Translations under genes and position numbers: made by a program
The notes under the pieces: model-generated
Told to the model about the DNA's origin: nothing
Database searches by the model: none
The model's input: the letters and a program-made list of their open reading frames with translations, nothing else
Source: Lepidodermella squamata
Taxonomy: Eukaryota; Animalia; Gastrotricha
NCBI GenBank assembly: GCA_047495785.1
Contig: JBLDXI010000015.1
Coordinates: forward strand, 186,001-250,000
Length of the DNA: 64,000 nt
Direction: 5' to 3'
In this document: piece by piece, positions 1 to 11,707 of the stretch
How positions within the stretch are numbered: position 1 is the first letter of the stretch
Layout: the number at the start of each line of letters is the position of its first letter

Positions 1-357
1 GCAAGTGAGTACTTTCAATCTGGTTTGTAATGACACATGATTCCTACTGCACATGAATTTATTCATCGCACCAAATACGCTGCCAGCCTTTGAAATTCTA
101 TAATTTAATTCTTCGTCAATGCGACCGTCGCTGGTTATAATGCTACCTAAGTATTTGAATTTGGAAACCTTTTCCAGTTTCGATCCGCGCAGCTCTAGTT
201 CATAATTTCTTACTGCCGCATCGTCCCTGGAAATGATCATGTATTGAGTTTTTGCCACGTTAATTTTCAATCCTAATTCTTCGCATGCCATGTCAAAAAT
301 TTCTAGAAGGCGCTTAATTTCGTCATGGTTCATGCCTAGGAGAGTTCCATCATCGGA
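1..357 (-). mobile_element. 5'-truncated non-LTR retrotransposon (RTE/L2-like) reverse transcriptase fragment, continuing beyond the left edge
   Basis: Minus-strand translation SDDGTLLGMNHDEIKRLLEIFDMACEELGLKINVAKTQYM...VSKFKYLGSIITSDGRIDEELNYRISKAGSVF matches the LINE RT C-terminal motifs (ADD, GLxINxxKT, FKYLGS, EExxxRIxKA). Confidence 0.88.
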
Positions 358-840
358 GTTCCATCCAATCATGATCATTTTATTTTATAAAAAACGATGG
401 TCTGCAGGTAGCGCATAGGCCCTGTTGCCCGAAGACACAGAATGAATATCTAGTTTTTGTTTACAACAATAGCAGAATTAGGAAAAAAACCACAAAGGTT
501 AGGTAGATCTAGCTATATGACTTTATTTTCGACAAAACCGGATTTCATGGAGTTCAAAAGATCAGGAAAAAATATATAAAAAAATAAAATTTCAGGATAT
601 AAGGGCCGATTTCAGGTGGCTAAGAAAACTTTTGGAATTTTTCACATCATCTGAAATTTATAAAAAAAATGTTTGGCCAAAGCTGGAACATTTTTTCCAG
701 ATTTCCGTAACTAAAAACAGGGTTTAAAAATCTCGGTGAGCCCCCCTCGATGACTTATCAGGCGTTTTCAAAAACAATGACCCAATCGCGATTTTCGATT
801 TCATCCTTCACATTCACCGAATCTAAGCCCGAGATTTTGC

Positions 841-2560
841 TCACCTTTCGTACCAAATTTTCATAAAATTCAGCAAATACGCCTCGGCCATCAACAATTT
901 TAAAGTCGGCCGTTCCGCATCGCTGAATTCGCTGCTTCTGGCCGTAAACGCATCGCCATCGACTGCCAGCTCCGGAAACTCAGTCGGCCAACACGCCAGG
1001 GTCAACTCCGCGTTTTTAATCCGAGTGAAAAGTTCTTCCAATTTCAACCCATTCGAACTTGTGATTTCAGCTAATAACCTCAAAATAGTCTTCATTTCAC
1101 CGGCGAATTGCGACAAAGCCCCGGCTGATGCGAAAACGTTGAGTTCTTTAAACATGAAAGTAACCCGATCTTGCGGGGCGGTAATCACTTTTGAACTCGA
1201 TAAAATCGCACGCGATAACGTGTAGCGATTCGACGAAGTCGGAATAGGCTGTAACGGGCTTTGATTTTCCGCATCTTGCTGCTCGGCTTCACTCGATTTC
1301 GACCACAAATCAATATAACAACGCCATAATTGGAAGAAAATCGTCATATTCCCGTTTGTCGAACACTGCTCCATGGCTAAAAACCAAATTTTAGCCGAAT
1401 TCGACTTGTCAACTGATGCGTAAATATCTCGCAAAATTTTCGGGACAAATGGGAATCGAGCTCTTCGATTCATTTCGTCCGCATTGCCGGAAATTGTTGA
1501 CGACGTTATCCAATTAACAGATAATAAGAAAGCCTGTTGCAAAAACGGAGCTTGCCTCGTTGTACCAAATAACTTATGAAGAGACCAGAGCAAGGATAAA
1601 CTATGCGAATCTAGCCCAACTATGGTGGGCGGTCCTTTCGATTGAAGTTTCGAAACAAAAAGCGATACAACCTTTGAGAAGGCCGATTTTTTCGGCAGTA
1701 ATTCTTCGAGATAGGCTGAAATACTCCCAGTGGCTTGTTGGCCGTTTGAAACAATTTGATCAACAAAATGGCCGGCGAAAGTTAACGAAGCAGCAGTTGC
1801 TGATAGTTCGTATAGCAGCGATTTCTGCTTTTGGCTTCCATCTTCACTAGCTGCCAAGTTTTTCGTCAATAAATTGTCGTAAGCAATTATATTCAGTATG
1901 CAATCGATCGCGTTAGATAGCGAGTTTTCAACTAGGGTTTGATCGGATTTTGACGTTGATGTTCTTTCGACGAGGCGAAGAGCTCGGTATAACGAGCATT
2001 TCGCAACAGTTGCGAGTGAAATCGAGTCGTAACCGTTGGAATTTGTTGCGCCGAAATCAGCTGTGACTAATTTGATGAAGCTACCAAGAGATCGAAGGAA
2101 TGATTCAAGGCCAGAGAAACCTTGACTGGCAGATGAGAATAATTCATGAATTGCGATGTTTTTGATTGATTTAGCGAGATCAGCGAGCTTTTTGAAAGAC
2201 TTTGAACTTCTGTCTCGGTCTTCGTCGAAAGCTGTGACGATGTAAGAACCGAGGAGGACTGGTATGATAACGCCGTTCAGTGACGGTGATCCCGGCTTTG
2301 GTGTTTTCAGCAACTCAGGGCCTAGTTCGGTAACTGCAGCTTCTGCGAAGGTTACAACGCTATTAACCAGCGATGCGATATCGCAAGATGAAGCATTGAC
2401 TAGAACATGACTGGGCCGAAGATTTTGCTTGTCGTATTGAAAGGTGAATTCGGTGGTGCAGTTGTAGAAAAATGCTTGAGCTGCACGTGGACTAGGGTTT
2501 TTCCTGCAAATTCGACTTCGCAAATCGTCTAGTCCAGCAACTGGCATTAGTAATAACAAC
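841..2560 (-). CDS. Large uninterrupted terminal exon (~573 codons) of an unidentified Leu/Ser-rich, probably alpha-helical protein; upstream part disrupted
   Basis: The 579-aa ORF is preceded by an acceptor (ttctatag at 2561-2568). No motif recognised. Upstream coding-like sequence (2907-2635) carries in-frame TGA stops. Confidence 0.6.
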
Positions 2561-2634
2561 CTATAGAATATTAGCTTCAAAATTAAGAAGCATTATAAGA
2601 GAGCGACTCGGATACACAGCACAGTTCACAATCT

Positions 2635-3810
2635 TCAATCTGCCAGTCGCAATTTCAAGGTTCTCGAAAATGTCTCGAAATCAGTAGTGCGTTTCCGCAG
2701 TTCTAAATAGCCATCCGTGTCACGGAGCTGCCGCTTCGTAACAAATAACAAAGTTACTAAGGACCAGTCAATCGACGCCACAGTGATCCACACATGCATA
2801 TTTCAACGATAGCTAAGCTGCAAAACCTCGTTTTTTGACTCAAGTTGTCGGATCAGAACTTTGGCGTCTTTCCAAGTAGGTGAGCTTGCAATGAACGTTT
2901 CAAGGGCCTAGATGAGTGAAATGTGTTTAATTGATCCAGCTGAAGCTTCTATTACCTTGAATTTGTCTATCTGCCTAAATATTAGCCTGATTTCCGACGG
3001 TAAGCTGCAGCAGATGGCAGCGACTTCACGGCGTGCGAAACCAGGAGGACGTGCTAGGCCGTAAGGTATTCCGGGATAGCCCCAATGTATAGTATACATC
3101 GTGTATAGCGCGCACTTGTATACTATACAACCGTATGCTATACAGCGTGTATACGATACATGTATACTATACAACCATGGAGTGCGCACTAGGTGCTTGT
3201 ATACCATACATGTATACTATACAAGTTGCAACTTCTTGAGCGCGCTTCTATGCAATCTACACGCACTCTTCACAAGAAACAGCTTTTTAAAGCTCCTGAA
3301 GTTAACTGTTTTCGAGCCAATCAAATAATTACTCTTCTAGACATGTCCCTCATTCCACAGTCTGGCCACAATTCAATTTGGCTGTAAAATGTATACCTAA
3401 TTTTCCGGAAGCTGAATGCTGAACGCTTGTTCATAGAGCCTAGAGCAACTACCGATTTAGCTAAATTCTAATGTTAAGCAGGGGGTCATACTTCTACCAA
3501 CTTGATCTGCATTTTAGGTTTGAAAACGGCCGTATTTTTGGTGTACTTGTATGGTATACAAGTGCGCGCACGCATCCGCAGCTTGTATAGTATACATGTA
3601 TAGTATACACGCTGTATAGCATACGGTTGTATAGTATACATGTATAGTATACACGCTGTATAGCATACGGTTGTATAGTATACAAGTGCGCGCTATACAC
3701 GATGTATACTATACATTGGGGCTATCCCGGAATACCTTACGGCCGTGCTAGCCTGCGTCGACGAGGCCCTACTTTTGAGCGCGCTTTTTCAAACTTGCCA
3801 TTGACATCAA
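2635..3810 (-). pseudogene. Degraded 5' portion of the 841-2560 gene
   Basis: Coding-like frame REVAAICCSLPSEIRLIFRQIDKFK, a short GT-AG intron, then ALETFIASSPTW...SYR*NMHVW...RLAD*. TGA stops at 2803-2805 and 2635-2637. A MITE is inserted at 3057-3744. Confidence 0.45.
3057..3744. mobile_element. Non-autonomous DNA transposon (MITE), 688 bp, ~100-bp TIRs, 6-bp TSD GTGCTA
   Basis: TIR GGCCGTAAGGTATTCCGGGATAGCCCCAATGTATAGTATACATCG... at 3057 with its reverse complement ending at 3744. GTGCTA occurs at 3051-3056 and 3745-3750. Confidence 0.93.
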
Positions 3811-4542
3811 ATAATGCTTAACTATAGTAATATTTTTAATAACGTTATTCACCTGTGCTGTAATTATTTATTAATTCCTAGCAACAAGCGGCCCACGTGA
3901 CGGAATTGCGGTCTATCCGGTTCGCAGAAGTGTGACCTAAACAAGTTAGTGCTCCCACTAATCATAGCCAATTACATATTTTCTTGGCTTATCATCAGTT
4001 AATTCGCATTCCAAGCAACTATTGAGATCTTATACTCAATTCTGTCCAATGACATTTTCACTTCGCTATTCTCCAAAGCCTTGGTTTCGTTTTCACCTCA
4101 ATTACGATCGCGAATTTTTGGTTCCTTCTTACCCAGAAGCACTCAAGTTTTCACTATAGGGCGCCGCTATTCAAAAATTCACAAGATCGTGACTCTAGCA
4201 ACTGTTCTGTTTTACTATATACATGAGGTTTCCACGCCTGGTCCATACGCGTGGTACCTAAATGGCTAAGTATTCCAATGACTCAGCGAAACTTGAAACA
4301 CCGCTTTAGCGCGTTGGTCACAAAAAACTGGGTCAGAGAAAAAAGTGAGATAGGACAGATATATTTGCCAGGCGTGGATCATGTTCTATACTATTCTTTT
4401 ATACTATTCGGCCATTTATGGTCTTTGTGGATAGCTGACATTCAATAGCCTCCTCATTGGAGCCTCGGAACACATGTTGATTAGCTGTGGTTATTTCTAT
4501 TTAGGATGAGGTAGTAAACAATGTTAGATTAAGTTGCATGTA

Positions 4543-7500
4543 ATGGAAAAATACATCGGCATCCCAGATTCTCACACTCGTCAGTGCAGCGCACTAGCTT
4601 TCAACACTCACAAACGTGAGATCGTCGCTGGCTATGAAGACGGCACAATCAAAGGCTTCGACATGGACAGCGGCAGCTCATCGCAGACCCAGTTGAACGC
4701 TCACAACGGCATGGTCAACTGTCTGCTCTATTGGCAAGAATCGAAACTCATGCTTTCAGCTGGCAATGACGGCGTTATTGCGGCATGGCTGCCTAGCGGC
4801 TCATGTTACGGCAAAATTAGGGTAATACATCGTTGAAAGAAATTGATTCAGCGTATTACTACTGTCAATTATTTTAGCTATACAAAGCAATATACAGTTT
4901 GGCTGTGAACCCTAGGAAGAAGCATCTTTTAGTTGGCCTATCTAACTCAATGAGGATTTACGAATTGGAAGAAGGTATGCCATGATCTGAATCTCATGCC
5001 AAATCTTCAAATGCGGAGAATTTACTCTTCACAGTCTCAGTTAAAACTGGCAGAAAAGCCATAAGCCAAGGTTTCAGAATACCGAGTGTTGATTCTTGTT
5101 TTTCTGTTTGCTTGAAGCTATTTCGCTTTCATGGAAAGGTTATTTTTGCTGTTTGTTAGCTTGTTTTGCGATTTTTAGAGTGTCATAGCTCTATTTTTAG
5201 CTTGATAGTTGTTCATTTTTTGCCACCACTAATTCTTAAATTACTCTATAGGTGAGGATAACAAGTTTGTGAAACAGCCAGCGATTTGGGAAGTTCGAGA
5301 TCACGAAGATATCGTAAAATGCATTTGCTGCTACGAAGGTCGCGTCTACACGGCCGGGTTCGATGGAAATATCTGCGTTTACGAATCAACAATCGTCACT
5401 ACCACGAAAGCCCCATCAAATCAAAGCAATGCAATGTCTACGAATCGATTCAGCATGAAATCCGGGCGTAAAAGTGCTCGAAATCGTACTCCGTCGCCGA
5501 AAAGCTCTAGTAATAATTCGTTCATCAGAGCCCCGCCTCTGGAAAGAATCGACAAGAAACGAGCTCATGATGCTGGTATCGTGTCTATGCAGGTGTTGCG
5601 CGATGCCGAGGCAAATGTTTGGGTGTTCACTGGATCTTTCGATAAATCGCTGAAGGTGTGGAATCGCGATTGCAAGCTAGTGCATCAAATCGTCGGCTTC
5701 GTCGGACCTGTCTCTGGCATATCTTACGTCAATAAAACGCGCAGTCTATGGGCTGTTTCCGGGTCGAGCCAAGTCAGCGTTTACGAGCCAAAATCTGGCG
5801 ACAATGTGAGCGATATTTGTGGGATTTTTTTCACAAAAATAAAAAATCAGGCCATTTTGAAAATAATTGATTTCACAGCATCGATTGAGAAAAAACTTCG
5901 GATTTTATTTTGCTATTTCATCATTAAATTTTCAAAAAATAGAATTTCGAATCCTTTTAAAATTCTCATTTTTTATTTGAAATTTTCAAAAATTTCCAGA
6001 TTTCGGAATACGTGAGTGCGGCGACCCGGGCGGGTGAAGACGGCGATGATACGGAATTTTCTGCCTTGCACCTGATGACGTCGAGCCCAGAGCACGGCTG
6101 CGTGTACGCCTCAACCTACGACAAGGGCATCGTCGGCTGGAAGTACAACCCCGACGGCTGTTTGACGTCGATCCGAAGCCGGCTGCCCCTAGAAGCGATT
6201 ACATTCACCCGGAAAACACCCATCCTGATCTTTACTGGGGACCAGCGTGGTTCGATCACGAAATGGGAACGCATGGAAATTAACCAGTATTTGTACACGA
6301 AGGAGGAGCTGCGAGTCGCCGAGCGGGAGCGGAAGGACAAAACGAGGCAGAGGCCCGGCGCCGAAATAGCAGCGTCAGTTGCGCAGACAGAAGCAGCCCT
6401 AGCCGCGAAGCCAGCGTCGGAGGGTTCAACGTCGAATTCAAGGGCGAACTCGAAGCGCGGATCGCGGGCGAATACGTCGCATAGCAACCATCGGGCGAAG
6501 ACGGCTGCCTCGAGGCGGTCGGCTGCAAATGCGGACAACAAGTCGGATGCTGAGTATAGTGGCGATGAAAAAGCTGAGCCGGTTGCGCCGCAGCAGCAGA
6601 AACCGGCGAAGGACCGCCAGGCGTCGGCGCACTTGCCGAAAAATGCTATCACGGATTTGGTCTACATTGAAGATCTCGATTTTATCGTCGCAGCATCGGA
6701 GGATAAATTCATCTGTAAGACCTTGAAAATTTGAAATTGGACCATTTTTCTGATTAATTGCACAAATAAAATCTTGAATCGCAGCTCTTGCGCAAAATCT
6801 TATGAAGTTTTTCCTTTGAATTGGACCAAGCATCCGAAACCGGGAAAATATAAAAATTTTAAAATTTTGAAATTTTAGTTTCCTCGAAAATTTGCAATTT
6901 TGAGATTTTTTCCATTTCAGATGTCTGGGGCTTTGATCCCGATGCGTGTCGAGCTTTGGCCGATTTGCAGCGCCAGGCTGCGAAGCGTGACCAGAGCGAG
7001 ATGGAACAGAGGTCATTCAAGCGATTCCTCGATTTCATCCAAGTTTCAGACAAAGAAACCAAGGTAATGAAAAATAGATTTCTCGAAGATCCGAGCTTTA
7101 TTTTTGATTAATTAATTAATAGTCGGTGGATGTTCCGGAGACAGTGGCGAATGCCGAGTCGATGGGCGTGACGAACCGTGTCGCCGGCTTCACGTGCCTC
7201 GCCATTCTCGCTGAACACGTCGATTGCGTCACCTCACTGGCCATCATCCCGAGTTCAGACGGCTTCGGTAGTACCTACATGGTAAATTTCAATGTTTAAA
7301 ATATTTTTAAATTAAAATTTTTAAAAATGAAATTTTTTCAAAATTCTTCGAGTACATTAATGTAAAAAGTATCGATTTTGATGATAATTTTTCGTGAAAA
7401 TTATTTTTCAAATTTTGTGAAGGCTTGTTGAGAGCTCGTAAGTTTGAGAAGCATGCTACTGGGCAAAATTGATCGCATGAGAAAAATCAACTAATTTTAT

Positions 7501-9438
7501 TTTATTTTTTTGATTATTTTTTTCGATCGAGGTGTTGTAACTCTATTTGTCAATTATTGTCATCTTTCAGCTGTCGGGCGGCTGGGATCGAACAATCTGC
7601 ATCTGGAACCTCGAGCAATTCATGTGAGTCAAATTAGTTTCGATTTCAGCCCTCTTTTTTCTTCCCCTTTAATGTCATTCTACCGAATTATTTAATTTTT
7701 CTTCATTCGATCCCTTTTCGTTATTTACATTTAAATATCTGACCTTTATTGAAAACAAGTGAGTGTATTGGCAAGCTCAAGTAAGTTCCTGCCGGCATTA
7801 TTTTACGTCTGTCATTGTCGTTGTCTGTGGAGAGATGTCGATATCATAAATTTGTGATTTTTCGTGTCATGTTTTCATCACCATCATTTTTCAGACCAAT
7901 ATAAATATTATATTTTGTGCGTCAAATTTTAGACTCCTGCAAACCGAACCTATGGCGAATGTCGATAACGAGTTTCAGCGATCTGGCGGCGTGCAGTGCG
8001 ATGGCGTCATTACTTCTCTCGAATACTGCTCTAAATTGTAAATTTCCATCACAAAATATTTTCCCTAATGTTACCTATCGCATAATTCTTCAGAATTTAA
8101 ATCGAAATAACTGGATTTATTTACGCTTTAAATTTTCATTTTACAAAAAATTAGGAAATTTTACAAAAAATGGGTAAATTTTGAAATTTGAAATTTTTTC
8201 ACATTTTTAGTGAATTGATGAAATAAAAAAATACTGGTGAAAAATTTGTTAAAATTGAATTATTGAAAAAAATCAAATTTTGAAACTTTTTCTTTCAAAA
8301 ACTTGAATTATTTTTTCCAAAAATTCAAATTTTTATACAATTTTCAGGATTTTCATTTTATTCCTCCTGATTTTCATGTAAATATCTACTTTGTAGGAAG
8401 CAATTCGCCTATGCTGCGTCTGACGGCAACGCGTACGTGCATGAATTTTCGCTGAAAGCCCGCGGCATGAAGCTGGCGTACGCGCTCGTCGGCCACACGG
8501 CCGAAGTGACGTGCGTGCGGTGGAATTTCGCCAACGACAAGTGGGTGACAAGTTCCGAAGATGGCAACGTCAAAATCTGGGACACAACCGGCGCGTGCGT
8601 GCAGAATTTGTACTGCTCAGAGCCGGTTACAACGCTGTGCATCGACCAGATCAACGGCTGCATTGTAGCAGGCGTCGATAAAACCATTCGAGTCTACGAA
8701 GTTCTCGAGTATAAACTCGTTCAGACAAATGCCGGGCATACAGATCAGGTAAAAAAATTCGAAAACAAATTCTAGGAAAATTATAATCAAGAAAAAAATT
8801 GATCGAATTCGAAAATTATTATTTTCAATTTTTTAATATTTTGATCAGAAATTTGGAAATCGAAAAATTTGTCCCACAAGTTGTGCGAATATTTTTCCAA
8901 AATTGTCTATTATCTACCGGGAGCATCTCCCATATTGCTTCGGCGAAATAACAAATTTACCGTAGAAACCCGGAAAACCCAATCGTTCGGTAATTTTCGG
9001 TATTTCACCCTGTTTACCCCAAATTTCGCACGTCATACATTCTCATGGAATTTTTAATTTTTCTAATGGGACACTTTTTAATTTTTTAATTGATTGGAGT
9101 TTATAACTTTGAAAAAATTGATTTTTTCAATTTAGATTCGATCGATAATTCATCTGCCGGAGCCGCGAAATCAATACGTGTCTTGCGGCTGGGACCGAAC
9201 TCTGCGTATCTGGAACACGGTTCGGTTATCGAACCGAAAGCGGGAGATGATAGCTGCCGCGTTAGCTGGAAATAGCGCGGAAGGGGGCACCAACAGCGAA
9301 GAACCAGCTGTGGCACCCAACGAGCAGGGCACCCAGCCGAATGAGGAGGGCGCGCGCGAGCAGAAATCGCTGGAGAACGACGCAGCGGATGTCAAATCGG
9401 ACGGCGAAGCTCAGATATCAGCTGCTATGACAGAATGA
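4543..9438 (+). CDS. WD40-repeat protein, ~919 aa, 10 exons, with low-complexity Ser/Ala/Arg inserts
   Basis: Exons 4543-4821, 4878-4974, 5252-5805, 6000-6714, 6921-7063, 7123-7281, 7571-7623, 7933-8037, 8397-8748, 9136-9438. All introns are GT-AG and phases are consistent. Multiple GH...WD/WN repeats, e.g. GHTAEVTCVRWN...SSEDGNVKIWD. Confidence 0.9.
8880..9030 (-). repeat. Dispersed repeat, inverted copy of the family at ~40826-41060 and ~57439-57640
   Basis: Shares the reverse complement of the core ...aaaattaccga...gttttccgggtt(t)ctccggtaaatttt...; boundaries approximate. Confidence 0.6.
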
Positions 9439-10789
9439 ACTTTGGATGACTATTTATCGTTTTTCGAACTCTAAACGTATGACATACTCATGACGTTCCA
9501 ATACTATTTTTGGTAGCCAATTTTTAGCCAATTACCTATTTGATTTCGCTTATTTTGTACAAAAAAAAGTAAAGCCTGTGCTGATGTTCGAAACTGGTCT
9601 CATTACTGTCGGTTATCAAAAAATTAGCCCTTACATGGCGGAATGATTTATCTGCGGGCGGAAAAATAGTTGACGGCAGGGGTTTTGGGGGCGTAGATCA
9701 CGATTTTGAAACCCGTTTGTTTCTATCTATCACCGTTAAGCCTGTGCGAATACTGGTTGAATTCGCCCTATTCGCCTAGCTGATTGCAAGTGATTGTTCG
9801 AGTAGCTCAATTTTTGAATCAGCTGCTTTCAAGGTTGGATTTCCTGATTGTAAATTGCTCCCTATCCGTTCCCCCCACTGACAACAAAACGGCAACACTC
9901 AGTTTGTAAAAAATCAGTTTACAAAACTCAGTATTCAGCTTTTCCAGTTACCAATTTTTGAAATTCTTGTAGTCTTGATGATCGAAAATTCATCAAATAA
10001 TTGAAATTTCCGTACACTGTACAAGTCGAAGTTCCAAAATATATTGTGCATACAAATTCCGTAAATTTCGCGCACAAAACGACAAAAATCGGTGATTTTG
10101 TGTGAAATCGCGCCAGTTCGCTCAACTTAGTGTGCGCGCACGCGTTTACACCGGTGTTCGCCCTCGTTCGCTCCCTGAGCGAAAAAGTTGCCCCGCTTCG
10201 CTCCGCGCGCGCGGTTACACGACGAGGGGCCAACGAGAGCGGGAGCCAAGTAGAGCGAACGAGAGCGAGAATGCTCGTGTAAACGCGCCTATTATCCGGA
10301 TTTGATGATTTTTGACGCCGGATAATAACCATATGACATGACCGGATGACATCGGTAGACATCGGTGGATATTCGTGGTCCTTTGGGCCTCTATTCCGGC
10401 CTGCGGTTGCGCCTCGGGCCTGCATAGCTAGCCTTCAGGCCGAAAAACCCGATGCCCGATGCCTCGCCTGCCACTCACGTGCACGCGCGCTCGAGTGCGC
10501 GACTCTCAACGACTGAAAGGCAAACAAACAATACTTCGGCCACTGATAACGCAAACCGAAGTTTAACTTGAGTGTGCGGAAGTTTGCTAGCCGCCGCCCG
10601 ACGCCTTTGTGAAAGTACTTCAACGAACAGCCTTTAGCTTATCGACATGCGATAACGCATCATCGCCAGGAGTTGACAGGTGACGAACAGTTTATACTAG
10701 CAGCTCTAACCTTCCGCAGCGACTTATCATGAACCAGGAACGCCAATTTTATCGGGGCTGTCCATAAACATACCTTATCGCCTGAAAAA

Positions 10790-10790
<1 letters not shown>

Positions 10791-10826
<36 letters not shown>
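10791..10826. repeat. (AAT)n microsatellite
   Basis: About 12 perfect AAT units. Confidence 0.95.
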
Positions 10827-10827
<1 letters not shown>

Positions 10828-11707
10828 GTTTTATTTAGTCCTCCTCTCGATTAAGCATCTATACCGTAAAAACGGTTTTGAGGAGGGCGAAGGCAGGCGA
10901 AAGATGGAAATCACCCAACCCCACAGTTCACGCTGAAAGTGAAACCCGAGCTTATAACTTTTTTGGGTGACCCCAAATTTCGCAAAAATGGGCTGCTATT
11001 AGAGAGTGGGCTTCCATTGAAGGGTAGGCTTATTTACGCCGCTCTCTTATTTACTTTGTCTCGGAGGCGACCTTGCGCGCGGCCTCCGAGTCGCTCCTGC
11101 ACTTGCTTAGGCTGCTCCATAGACCAGCAGACCTTACGTTAAGTAATAACCCGGGCTACTATTTGAGAGTGGGCTTATGTATCTTGGGTCGTCATTTAGC
11201 TGAGCTACTGAGAGTGGCTGGGCTTATATTTGAGGCGATACGGTAGTTTAATATGTTTAATTTTATGTCTATGGGCTGTCTTTGCCTTTGGCGTTCAGCT
11301 ATTAAAATGAGACGTGGCAAGCGATTTTCGCCCTATCCCCATCTTCAGAGTCGTTTGAAAAGGCATCATCCTTATTGCACAACACTCAATCTTCTGAATG
11401 ACTGCGAAGATAGAGATAGAGAAGATAGATTCAAATGACACTTTGACACCTGACAAACGGTTGAGAATGGTCGAATTTCCTCACAGTCGCGTCCCACGGC
11501 CCAAGATTACTAGATTTTCACCAATTAGGTCACACTAATCTCACTAATAATTATTTGCTGGAAAATTTTGGATTTTAGACTAATTTTAGACTTGGTAACT
11601 TTTCGCTGACGTTTTAAACTCACCACATTCAGTTTTTCTCTTGAATCTCGCTGAATTTTTCTCATTACGTTTTCATGTTGTCTTGCTATCATTATTTAGT
11701 CATTTAG

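Noticed and set aside
2635-2805. In-frame TGA codons as Trp/Sec recoding
   Set aside because: TGA is the normal terminator of several intact genes here (9438, 14505, 29621, 62804). Nonsense mutation is simpler.
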